From: Ophelia neglecta
Taxonomy: Eukaryota
Length of the DNA: 64,000 nt
Direction: 5' to 3'
Assembly: GCA_965285935.1 (NCBI GenBank)
Contig: OZ260665.1
Coordinates: 65,534,001-65,598,000, forward strand
Positions 1 to 12,400 of the stretch are shown piece after piece. Positions within the stretch are counted from its first letter, which is position 1; each line of letters starts with the position of its first letter. The notes under the pieces were generated by a model that was not told the origin of the DNA, ran no database searches, and saw only the letters and a list, made by a program, of their open reading frames with translations. Made by a program: the position numbers and the translations under genes.

Positions 1-3000
1 TATTTCACACATTTTACTCATGTTCAGTCTTTTTGGCTTTGTACATACTTAATTTCTGCTTCATGCACACTTGTAATGGTTGTACATGGACATTAATCAG
101 TGTGATTCAATAAATTCATTACATATAACTGTAGCACGTGACGTAACAAACAATACAAAGATCATGTTTTCTTGATTAAGGGCAGGTCCTCTAACGGGTG
201 CAATGGCTGTGGAGAGTAGTTTTTTTTCTCTTCTTGCCAGTAGTCTTTACCGTGGTTTAGTCCTCGAACGCAGGGTTACACCACCCATAACTTGGTGATG
301 AATCCCAGAGAAAAACCACATATCACATTAATGTGGTTTTATTGTCTAAATCGACCTGCGAAGTATGAGCTGGACATTATTTGTGTTAAGAACTCCTCGG
401 TGACCCTCACTCTTACATCCTCTAATCTCCAACTCGTCCACGAGATATGTCGAGCGTTAAACAACCGGCCCTCAATTATTTCTTGAGGATTTGGCGAGAA
501 TTAATTTTGCGCCTCATCCAGCTGTCGGGAGTTGATAAAGACAAGAAGACCCTCATTAGCTCGGCATACAAAGAGGGTTAGGGGGAGGCTCGGGCCTGTC
601 CCTTCGAGCCGTTAACGACCCAACCCAGGGCCGCCTGTCATAATTTGCTCACCCCGCTGACACTTTCATGAATACTATTTTCAGGATCAATACCCGACCC
701 AACGGCTGATACTTCCAAACAAGAATTAGACGACGGGAGATGAGTGGCATATTTCATCCGGGCAAGGCGGAGGGAATCCATGTTGATTCATTATAGGTGT
801 CTGTTAGTGTGTTAACTTGGTTAATATCTCGTTAGTCTGTGTTAAACTGGACAATAACAAAGCACAGAGGCTCAGCTAACAGAGGGGGCCTGGGTTTAGC
901 CGCAATACGGTGATGATAAATGCAATGAATGACTCGCCAAGTATTCGCCGAGGATTAGATTAGACGCGCAGGCAATCGCCGTAGGACATTGGAGACACAG
1001 CAGAATGTCGTGTCAGTCCTCGGGTATTATCGAGGGTCAGGGTGAATCACGGAACAGCGGACGACATTGTCGGATTTAAAAGTGTCACATTGTTTTATAA
1101 CTGCATGGTTTCCCCTAATGTTTCCATTACAGTCGATCCTAACCTACGGGTCTATTAGCAATTGCCTGTGGTCAATGGCGTGGAACCGTGATAGATTTGG
1201 CAGTGGAAGGGATACTTATAAAATCCATTGCAAGACATCTAAAGGTTATTTATCCATATCATTAAAGCGAAACATGGATTGTGTTAATATATTGATTATC
1301 ATTTGTGGTCGGTATACAGGTTCAATAAGCTTGCATCCAACTAATTTTGAGTCGAAACAGGTTACCAATTTGGCAAATCCTTGTCCACTTGAAGAGTAAA
1401 ACTAAGTTCCCAATCAAATCTGGGATAAAACAGGCAGGGTCCCAAAGGAGCATACATTAACTTCCGGTTGTTGAGAAACTGGCAGTTTACTAATAAAAAA
1501 GGAAATTTGAACAAAAGCCACGCCATGTATAACCTCCTAGGCTATACGAGCCTATGGTTCCTACAAGAACCGGCTGAACGGTTGAAGGTCGTCTGACATC
1601 TGCAGAACCACCCCTTTCCATATGTTCTCGGAACTGACTTATGTTCCATATCGTCGTCAATGGGAGTTCTTGAAAGACGAATTTGTATCCTAGTAACGGA
1701 CTGGCATAATTTAGCCTGTAGTTAGGAAAGAAAGCAACACAGTGCAGTTCCTAACAGACGGTTACTTTATTTACCAAATGCAGATGTCAGCAAATCCTCT
1801 TATAAAATAAGACATCCACTCTCCATTCAAGCTATTGTACACCAATGAAGACCTGGTTATTGAAATAGAATCCTTTTAGAAATTAACTTAAGCACGTGGG
1901 ATAATCACGGCATTGACCTATGACCCATAGTCTTCATCGAGAAAAAAAATCAAATTTCTTTTGTGAAAAACAATTTTCCTTTCAGGGGTTTGGTTGACAA
2001 GCCAACATAGCTCCACAGGGGTGAACTTCAGCTTTGTATGGCTGCCATGTATAGGAATTGACAGGCTGGAGAGCAGAAATGAAAAAGTATGAAGTCATAT
2101 AAGATGTTCGGCCGTACACAATAGGGTGGATGTCAGCCTCGCCTGCGCTGTGGTGATTTACATTAACCTCTGGTGACACGTACTAAAACGCGAACTCGTG
2201 TGTGTAATGAGCGCACGAAAGGGTCTGGAAAGCCCTCAGATGTTATGGTATTGTTGTTGGTGGCCGTTAGGGGGTCGTGACAGATGGTCGGTCTCCATTG
2301 TACACCATGGGGGCCGGGCAAACGACAGTCCGTCATCTAAACTCACATAATGTCAAATGTGCTGATTGTCATCGAATGGCTATCGTATTGGGCGCGTAGT
2401 CAATGAACACGAAGCTTACCAAGGAGCAGTAATTAAGGTGTAATATCTACTCATCCAGGACGAGGGTGCTAATAAACCTCCCCTGGAGAGTGAGAGATAA
2501 TGGTCAGATTTTGCTTTGCTTACCTTTCTGCGCTGAACGCTTTAACAAATTTGACATTTATGGATGGTTGTATTGTAACAACTAACATATCCGCCTCCTT
2601 AATGGCACTTTACTAATTGGATTCAAGAAATAGGCTGACCTAAATCACATTTTATCACTCATGCTGCTTGGCCTACTACTCACCAGACTGATACAGCAAT
2701 TTTCTCATGCTCCGACTTCCGATGTAATATCGGCTTTATAACACTTAATAAGTTATATTAGCAACTATAGATATCTCTAGTAACTATATACATAGAATAT
2801 GCCTTCTGCAAGAAATGGCTCCTACGACGGAGCAACAGCTGTGAGCAAGGAACCAATCTTCTACCGCAACAGTTTACAGATAATCCATCCAGAAACAAGC
2901 CTTTCTGCAAACAACATGTCGTTGACCAGGATTGCGTGCAATGAGTAATTTTAGATGATTATTTCACTTAACGTGGTTCCACAGAGGTAACGCACGGTCC

Positions 3001-3099
3001 CCAACAATATTTTGGCGGGCATCTGTTCTAAGCACGGTCTGTCACTTCTAATTATCGTTGGCACTCGCAATTTGAATAGGTTATTTGTAGAATTACACC

Positions 3100-3356
3100 G
3101 TCAGCCAATAGGAGGCAGCAGGCGTCCCCATTGACTCGTGCCCACGGCGCAGCTTCCCAATCCTCGGCCCGGCACAGCTGCACGCTCCAGTAGGCGCCAT
3201 TAAAAAGCAGACGAGAGCGCAAGGGGCCCACATTACCGAACAGATTGTGGTGGTGTAGGAAGCACGCGACCAGCACGAGAGGATATTATAAGGCTTTCCA
3301 GAGACTTAAATCCTAGTCAGGGATTGAATGCAATAGGAGTACTTTAATATTTGAAG
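3100..3356 (+). promoter_or_regulatory. Candidate PRDM8 promoter and non-coding first exon
   Basis: GC-rich patch with CCAAT at 3105 and 3157, E-box CAGCTG at 3175, TATA-like CATTAAAAA at 3198, Hes-type sites at 3135, 3263 and 3274, and a strong donor GAAG|gtaggt at 3356/3357. Confidence 0.5.
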
Positions 3357-6300
3357 GTAGGTTGTAAGGACCAGTTTGTTGACGTCCTTGTTTCGGTTTC
3401 ACCCCTTAAAGCACTGTTCCTTTGGCTGTAACAGTAAACTACATGTATAAGGATGTACCTTATCTGCAACGGCCGGCCAATGTTGGCCATTAATTTTGAT
3501 TCGTAGCTTGCCAAGCTCGTGTTAACATGTCTTTAAACACGACCTAACATGTGTCAAGATGTAGGTGTTATTGTCTTTCTTCAACTACTAGATTCTTTGT
3601 TTGTGTTTGTCTTGAATTCCGTTAGTTGTTTGAACAATTTCAACTTTTATCCAGCTTTTCCCGGGCAAAGTCGACATACATAGGCCAATTACTCAATCAT
3701 ACATTGTTGTAAGAGCAATAGGTATAATTGATGGCTCCAAAAGAGCTCACATGGCCAACCGCTTTGGCTTGAATACGTTTAAAGGAATTGATAAGTTAAA
3801 GTGGCAGTACCTCTTGTCACACATTACAGTGAATAGAAAATACAAGAACGCATTGAATTACGTTGTTAAAAGAATTGATTTCAGCATTCTACACCATCTT
3901 TCTACAAAGGGGTGTGTCTGTAAAGAATGTGTTTCTGGTGATACTCCTATTGTAGATGTCATTAATAACACACCTCAAAGATTTAACATTTAACTTAGAC
4001 GAATGTGTTATGATAAAACAGGAGGCATTTGACTCTTGTCATCTTTATTTTCATTCGTAGATACGATGTTGAACAGAAGGGTCTCGCAGGTATAGAGAAA
4101 AATGTCGACAAATGTGTTTGCCCCGGTGACAACCCGAGGGCTTAAAATCAATTTGATTTAGCTTGGTTTTAGTCATTTCCTCGATATTGTGCTCCCAAAT
4201 TTGACCTGCAGCAACACAGTGCAAAGCTAACATTTGTATTTGAAAAAGGAATTTGTCCATCTTCATCACCATTCAGACTATAATCAAGCTTTGATGGCTT
4301 GGCTTACCTCGAGCAATTGCCCGCATGCAATACAATACTACAGGGCATGATCTTTCATTTGTATTTTAGACATCGCCATTGCTTCTGTTCTGGTGGTCTT
4401 TGATGTTTTCATGTGCGTCGAGTTGCCCTGGGTTCCTCATTTTTTCCATTGCACGTGTGTAATGAATGGAAGATTGACTTTTCAAACAGAGGTATTAAGC
4501 CGGGGGTGCCTCAAGGCAATGTCATCACAAAGCACCACCGGTCCGGTCGGCCGGGTCACTTGTCACCAAATAAGGTTGAAGTTTTAAGAAAACAGATTGA
4601 TTTACAGGCGGACCACGTGGCTCTAACGTACAATTATCCCCGCCGTACTCACATTGTCACGCAAACTACACTAGGTTTGTTAATGTGGGGAGTATTTGCA
4701 GATTGCCATTCTATGTATATACCAATGAAGGCCACGCCATCCAAACAAGGAACATGAAAAATGTGGATCCATGGAGTCTTGTATTTTCAATCGAATGCTT
4801 ATGAGCCTTGTGTCCATCCTCCCAAACGACTGTTAACACTTGAATATATCCGACTTATTTTGATTGGCCGAATAGCTCTATAATCTTATCCTGTCTCTGC
4901 AATAACTTTATTGAGGTAACATGTGAAACCTGGGAGGAGTCCTGTCAAATTTAGCAGATGTCGACTTCCGGACTAGAAAAGCTAGCTGGGCATTTGTTAT
5001 GACAGAGAATTATCACTGAGTGACTTTAATATCATAGCTTCGGATTGAGATGTCTGTATATGGCCGAGTATGAAAGAAAAGATGTATCTTGTGCCTGAAG
5101 TGAGATGACAGGCAGAGATAGCAAGACACCTGAGATTTGACTAGTCACCGGGAGGGAAAGTCAGCAGAAGAACATGTAAAACGACACTCCCGCCACAATG
5201 CACAGACACGGCCACACAATGACAATGTCAGATGACGAGTTGATAAATCTGTATATGTGGTAATGGCGTAGTGGGACAGATGGTATGGATTCTGTCCCCC
5301 GGCACCCTCCACGGGGACCCAATAAAAGGACTACAAGCCACATCGCTGCAGACAATGGCTGGCCGCCCATTGATAACCAATCAAACTGCATTTAGCACTC
5401 TTGTCCGGCTAGGTGTTCTAAAGAGCGCAGTCAGTGCCCATTTACACTTTATGCTTAATTTGTTAAAATGGAGACGTTTGTACCATTATCTCTGTATGAA
5501 GTTGGGGGATTTTAATTAAAAGACAAATATTTCCCCCATAATCATCTAAATTACATTGTATAAACCATAGTGGACTTAGATACTTCGACAGTTACAACTC
5601 TCCATACCGGGCAGCGGTTCGAATCTGATTTTGTTTTATTTTGCCATCATGTGGCGGCTTCCTTCAAATAGCCACCGTATCACATTGAGGGGAAAAGAAG
5701 GACTTGGTTCAGCTTCTTCTCTTGACAGAAGTTATTTATTGTCATCTACACTATTTCTGGAGCCTTATAGAGCTTGCCTCACAGTTTATTGCGCCTAAGA
5801 AGGTCATGTAATATAATTTTCTTTTCCTTGGACCCACCGTTAGATTTCATTGGACCCGTTACTGTTCGGCGGCCATCTTCTGAACTTCTTCCTGTTCTGT
5901 GATCTACTGAGTCCTGCAACCACTGGCAGCAGACCGCAGAGTGATTCCCTTATAAAAGAAACACCTTTTGGTTGGCCCGACTCCGGGCCTTGAACCCCTC
6001 TTGCCAGGCACGTCTTAGCCTTCACAGAAGTCTTGTGAGCGGCTCAGCCATCCATTAGCCCGGCGGCTGCCGACCGAATGGCCGCTAGACAGAGAATCAA
6101 TTTTCAAACAGATTAGAGTAGTCATGAGGGATGTGTTACATTCGCCCGAAAATATGCTGAAGTGTAAAATCGTTTGCTGAAGTAATATAAACCGGTGACA
6201 AATGGGTATTACCGGGAGCATATTGTCGTGTGGCACGGGGGCCGCGGGCGGGCCGGCTACCTAATAGGGGATCGGCGGATGATTCGCCAAATAATGGCCC

Positions 6301-6863
6301 GCCCGGGCCAAGATGGATTGTCGATGAGAGAGGACGTGGGAGCTTGATGGAGGAGACCCGGACTAACCGACGCGTCATATATTTTGTCAGTGGGTGCCGA
6401 GGGGTGCGCACCTTGTGTAAATAATGCATATCTCTTTAGCCCTAAAGTGCAGAAAAAGCCCACTTTGTACGGGTTTAAGAAGCCTGAATAGGTAGAGAGC
6501 AAAGTATTGGTGTGTGGTGCCTCCATTAGGAACACCTTCATGTACCATTCTAAGTGAATTGTGTTGACAAAAAGAGTCTTAGAAGTGGAACAGGTCAATG
6601 TTAAAACACGTTAGATCTCTTTGTTTGGTTGTCCGTGATGTTGTTTTCATAAGAAAGTTTCGGCTAAAAGAACCAGAGTGCATCGTCATATTTCCCATAA
6701 GTATTTACAATTGATGCCTTCTTTTGTGTCTTTGTGCTCCTACCTTATAGCCAATAGGCCGAAGAATAGAGCCTATGGCTTGGCTTGACTACAAACTCTT
6801 GCACTTTATCCTTCATTGAATATCAGAAGCGACTCGTGATCTAAATTTGGCTGTTTTTTACAG

Positions 6864-7010
6864 ACTATAAGAATGGGTGTGATTTCTCGCGGGGGAGTCC
6901 CCCAGGGCAAGACGTATGGACCGATACCGTCGAATCTGGCGTTGGTTGATCCTGCCGTCTTGATAGGGCATCGCACATGTGATACCCTACCCGACGTTCA
7001 TACAGTCAAG
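6864..7010 (+). CDS. PRDM8: PRDM8 coding exon, N-terminal half of PR domain
   Basis: ttttttacag| acceptor, AAG|gtaagc donor; 147 nt reading TIRMGVISRGGVPQGKTYGP...VHTVK; not in the ORF track. Confidence 0.85.
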
Positions 7011-9016
7011 GTAAGCAACACACATACTGATTATAATTCATAAAGATTATATTAACTATAATCGCATTACTTTTAAAGTTGGTGGCCCTTTTTATCTATC
7101 ATGTGTCATTAACTTCTTACGATAGCTATGTGACTGTATGCGACTATATTAAAGAAAAAAAGCAATCTTAACATATGATCTAGAACCCCCCCCCCCCTGC
7201 CCTCGCCATCTGAAATGTAGCACAACAAAGGTAATTTGATAATAATAATACTAATAAAAAACAAAACAAACAGAAGTGCTCATGCCTGATGATCTGTCTT
7301 TTTTCAGTTAAATCTGAGCGAGGCGTCCGGCCGAAGCCACCTGGTGGAGTGGATACCTTATGTGCAGGCAGCCCGGGACGAGCAAGAACAGAACCTCGAG
7401 GCGTTCCTTCGGGACGGACAGCTGTTCTACAGAGCCATCAAGACAATCCGCGACGATGAGGAATTGTTTATTTGGTATAGCCCGGAGTACGCTACAATTC
7501 TTGGCGTCCCGCAGCTGCAGCCATATCACTGCAAAGGTAAAACACTTCGTCTTCTAGCGCGGTGGAGTAGGGCCATGTTTTCAAATTATACAAATGTGGC
7601 ATTTGTAAATGTAAGCCGGGGGTGGGCAATGTTTAACAATATCAGACCGTTGGCTTGATGATTCTTGGCCAAATAAACGACAAGACCATTATCAAAATGA
7701 AACTTTGATTCTCTCACTTATTATGAAACACTGCCATTGCTAGAAAGTTAATCCTTCAATTTAGTTTCCATATAGTAAAACAGCAAAGCTTTCCATATTA
7801 TAGGAACATCTAAGTTATTTAATGTTTAAACTACGTTTTAACTTTGTTTCTTTTTAACGTTTCAGGAAATCTGTACTGGTGCTCAAACTGCACGGAGTCA
7901 TTTAAATATAGCAACTGTCTACGAGCACACATGAGATTCAAGTGTAAGAACCGACATCGAATAAACCTGTATATAAATAATGCTAGCCCAGGATCGGGAT
8001 ATTACCACAACCAATCTATCCCCATACAGATAAATGGCGGGAGGAATAACAACGGGACCCCTTCTCCCAAACAATCCCCATCAAGCAGTGCTGGCTCGGG
8101 TTCTCCTAGTCATTTATCACCCATTTCAGACAGCATGCGCAATGACAATGATATACACAGAAAACGGAAGTTCGAGTCAGACGAGGAACATGGCCAATCA
8201 CCCAAACGCGCCGCATCCGAGTCGCCAATATCGGTGGGTTCAAATTCCCCGATCAGAAACGCATCCCCGATAAATTTACTCCCGGGAACAATGGGCTCAA
8301 AATACAGTCCTCGAAGCCAGCGTTTTCCGGAAGAGGAGACCGGAAGTGCATTCCATCGGGTAGAGAGGCGTTCACATATGGATTTACCGCGTACTTCGAT
8401 ACCAGCCTCGCTCCCGTCAATGTATCCTCCAATGTTCACGTCTGCTGTGTCAATGAGCAACTCTATAATATCGCCCGCCATGTTGAACATGAACGCTATT
8501 GACAAAGCTAAGATGCCCCACAACCTGTTAAGCACCATCTACAGACCACCGATGACAGGGTTTGGTAAGATTATCCCCGGGGGACACCTAACGGGAACGC
8601 TCTCAAACGAGAACGAGTCTCTCCGCCTACAGAGGAATGCGTTGATGATGGACTTACAAAACATTGAGAATGACAACAGCCCAGCCAAGCTGGCGTATGC
8701 CCGGGAGGCGGCGATGCCCTTGATTCCTCCTGTGTATCGTAGTCCCAATCCGATGGTCGGCAAATATCTAACTGGTCAACCACCCCCAATGGCTGTTCCT
8801 ATGGCCTCAATCTCCCTTGCTCAGAACTGGTGCGCCAAATGCAACGCTTCTTTTCGCATGACCTCAGATCTCGTCTACCATATGAGATCTCATCACAAAC
8901 GAGAGTTCGACCCAATCAAGAAAAAACGCGAGGAAAAACTGAAATGTGATGTATGTGGTGAATCATTCAAAGAAAGACACCATCTAACTCGACATATGAC
9001 TTCTCATGCCAAATAA
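6864..9016 (+). CDS. PRDM8: PR/SET domain zinc-finger protein 8 orthologue, join(6864..7010,7308..7536,7866..9016); 505 aa from ATG 6873; N-terminus possibly incomplete
   Basis: Three exons joined by GT-AG introns in consistent phases (0, 1). PR domain GVISRGGVPQGKTYGP...WIPYVQAARDEQEQNLEAFLRDGQLFYRAIKTIRDDEELFIWY; C2HC finger CSNC-x12-HMRFKC; C-terminal AQNWCAKCNASFRMTSDLVYHMRSHH...REEKLKCDVCGESFKERHHLTRHMTSH, nearly identical to the vertebrate PRDM8 C-terminus as I recall it. Confidence 0.93.
7308..7536 (+). CDS. PRDM8: PRDM8 coding exon, C-terminal half of PR domain
   Basis: tcttttttcag| acceptor, AAG|gtaaaa donor; encodes EQNLEAF...EELFIWY. Confidence 0.92.
7866..9016 (+). CDS. PRDM8: PRDM8 terminal coding exon (C2HC finger, S/P/M-rich linker, two C2H2 fingers)
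   Basis: gtttcag| acceptor in phase 1; matches ORF 7844..9016; TAA at 9014-9016. Confidence 0.95.
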
Positions 9017-9457
9017 GGACATTAAATTCAGTGTACTAACTTTGTTATAAAAACTTACCTTTGGTGCTTCTTTCAGCGTTTCGATTAATCATGCCCATCT
9101 GTTTAGCATGGGAATTCAGTATAGGGAGAAATTGGGGGTTTCTGCTAATATCGTGCTTCTCATTTCATTGTTGTCAGTTCTTTTCCACCAGTTTCCATAC
9201 GATTTGTCTCGCGGTGCAAAGTAACTGGTATCATCAGTACGCTTTATAGAATTGAAGATAGAATTCCTTAGCAATGGGCTTTAATTATCAACTATGTATA
9301 TATAATCGTTTTCTCTCTCTTTGAAACTGATCTCTTGTTGGGTTCCACAAAACGAACCCATGTGAAACATATACTGTAATTTATTGTGTTATTATATTCT
9401 TCACATTTTTTCTTCGTGATAAATGTATGTACATGTGTAAAATAATTTATATTACTG

Positions 9458-9463
9458 AATAAA
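9458..9463 (+). terminator. Likely PRDM8 polyadenylation signal AATAAA
   Basis: AATAAA ~440 nt after the stop in an AU-rich UTR, followed by a GT/T-rich downstream tract (~9490-9510). Confidence 0.6.
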
Positions 9464-12400
9464 ATGGTCAAAGATCGTTCAATATATAAGCTGTTTTATG
9501 TCATTGTTTTCACCCATTATAATGTTACAGCTGTGAACGCGGAGAAAGCATTGCGTTTGTAATCTCTACTGAGATATTGTGCATAAAATGCGGCATCCTA
9601 CAGCAAACAGGTTTATTTGCATTGAAGCTCTCTGAACTATTTGAATAGTTATTCTTACGAAGGGTGAATAGAATCCTGTCTCTGTAATTATATGTAACAG
9701 TACATAACTCTGACAGTGTAGACTCTTTACTAACATTTACCAAAGCCATCAAATCGTGGTGGTAGTGGTTATTTTAACCTCAAGCACCATCAAACATGAG
9801 GCTACAATGAGATAACATACTTTGAAACCGAAGAGGGTTTATAAATCTTAAAGTTTGACACTTCAGCGCGACCACGGGGCATAAAATTGGATAATGTGTC
9901 TGTAAATACCAGGTACAATACCAGAAAATTACCACATTCCAAACGTTCACCAAATCTTTGACCTCTGTGTCGTCTTGCTAGTGTTCCCGCCACTATGGGA
10001 AGACATTTTAATTTTCTACCGGCGACAAACAAATCAGTGTGAATAGGATCGTTTGCCGCATGACTAACGATGAATTAAATCCAGGGACGATGCGATGTCA
10101 AAGTGATATGAATAATCATCTGACCAGGTATATGCAGAAAACTATTGTGATGAAAACAATCTTTATGGCATGCAATATACTCATCTAGGGCTCAATGAAT
10201 TTCACCCACGACAGATTTCAACACATTTTTCATCCTCCTAGCCAGCGCGGTGAATCTAGCGAGAAATCAGACTAAATGGTGGTGTTGTTTAGATGAAGAC
10301 ACCGTGAGCAGGGCATCACGTGTTATTGTCACTCAATGACTTTGGTCGTGTGCGAGGCGACGGATAGCCACCAACACCATCAATCAAACTGAACTCACAA
10401 CAAAAGACAAAAACATCAAACAGGTACTCAACAGAAAACAACGAAAACTGGTGCCTTTACATTGAAAATGGCCTAACACTACATGAAAGCAGGCCTATTT
10501 AGCCATTTACTGTTTTTTATTAGGCCCTTTTCAGCCACTATGTTTCTTTTTATATTATTAGAAAATACGAATGTTTTGAAAAAGAATTGTCCAAACCTTC
10601 TTTGGTAATTAGATGTTTAAACATTCTTCTACCTGAATAGTACATTTCTGATTGTGTGTTCATGATTATCACATTGGCCGGACTGTTATTCTAGACCCTG
10701 GCGCACTGTGGAATGTATTTACTCTCCACTTTAAACAGGTTCCGTAGCAGATAGCTGAAAGTACATTGAAATTCGGGCTTCATGGGCACGATACAGGGAA
10801 TGGAGTTAGGTATTTTGGTTCAATGGCAAATTTTGATATGTGATAGGGCCTATATATCGTCACCGCAATATACCTTTCAACGCTGTCATATCTCGTTTTT
10901 ATATCTAATTTTTTTTCTTCTGAATTTAAGTGATGCATACAGTATTTCTCTGAGTTAGTCCTCTTAGTAACTCAGAACGAGATACATGTCGTATTCCAGA
11001 TTTCATTAGCTGCCAAATAGTATTTTTGTCAATTGCCAACTGTTGTTTCCCGTAGTTTGTGAGTCCGAGTTAATGTTTCTTCATCGGGAGTGGATACCCG
11101 GCAGTAAAAGCAAAATCATTTATCAGGAACAGTTTTTATATCTAAGGATAATTTACACTTCTTTACTTAAACATTTCACAGTCCACCAAGTAGGAGTCTG
11201 TTAAAGTCGGGCGCCACGAGATCGCTCCAGAAGTATGGTAGCATTTCATTTGTGCCAGACGCTGGAGTCCAGAAGGACCATTTTTTGCTGCTTACTGACC
11301 CGACTTAATTGCTGACAAAGCCTATGCAATAGATCTCTACAAATCATCTTCATTGTGAATATCTCTGCAGACCTCGGTTGCATATTGTAGCACGGGCTCA
11401 AGTAGGTCAAAGGTATTTAATTATATATCACAGACAGAGATTTTATGGCAAAATACTCTCTTTCTCCGACATAGCAGCGCCAATTATGCCCTCTTTTCTG
11501 GGATTTATGTCCACATGAATATTTCTTTCTTAATTATAGTTGAAATTAACCTGGATTGCCAATCACATTCGAACGCAATATTTGATATTATAATATTGAT
11601 AACGTAGCATACACTGTATACTCTAGTACATTGTAGCATATAATTATGGAAGTGAATACATTTGATATTAACCATTTTACTTCCACATTTCATGATACGT
11701 GCGCGCTTCTCTTCTCCAAGTACGTCGATTTACTTTGCGCAGGACGGTCTTCACTTCGTGTTTCACGTTCTTCACTGTGCGCAGCGTGTGTTTCATCTTG
11801 CACACGCTTCGCAATGCATTAGTGCGCACTCTTTGCGATGCATAAATGCTCTTGGCACAGTCTAATATAATAGCTCGTGACGTCAGGGGAATAGTAAACT
11901 CATAATAATAATCCACCCACAGATGGCGCTGACAAAAGGCTACTTACTGCGTGCAATTAAACTATGCGCGAATTTTCCTACTTTAGCTACTTTCAGCTTT
12001 CTGCGCGAATTATCCGTTGCGAAAAGTGACCCGACAAAACGCTTAAGGCCTAAATAGTAATAGGCCTATATGTTAGGCGTATCTTATCATATTCCTACTT
12101 CACACTTTTCCTGTCTATACTTTCTTCTTTCGTTATAACCAGAAAGCATACAGGTACCTACTTGCAGGATCATTGACTGGTAGGCATGTATCCCCATCAG
12201 CCATAGCAGGGTCATCCACCGTTCGGAAAGTGTGGGAGTGGAAGGTATTGGTGAGGCGGCTTATCCCGTTAAACGTATAGATGATAAAGAATTCACCTTT
12301 TAATGTTGTTTAACGCATCAAAAAGCGAATGGAAGCGATGTTTGTTTGAGCCGAGCTTCATCTTATGATTTTGTAACAAAACAAGCAGGAGAATGCCGCT

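Noticed and set aside
5600-5630. tRNA gene from the B-box-like GGTTCGAATC
   Set aside because: No A-box at the proper spacing and no cloverleaf.
8034-8789. Overlapping and antisense ORFs within the PRDM8 terminal exon
   Set aside because: Shadow frames of the real coding exon with no independent motifs.
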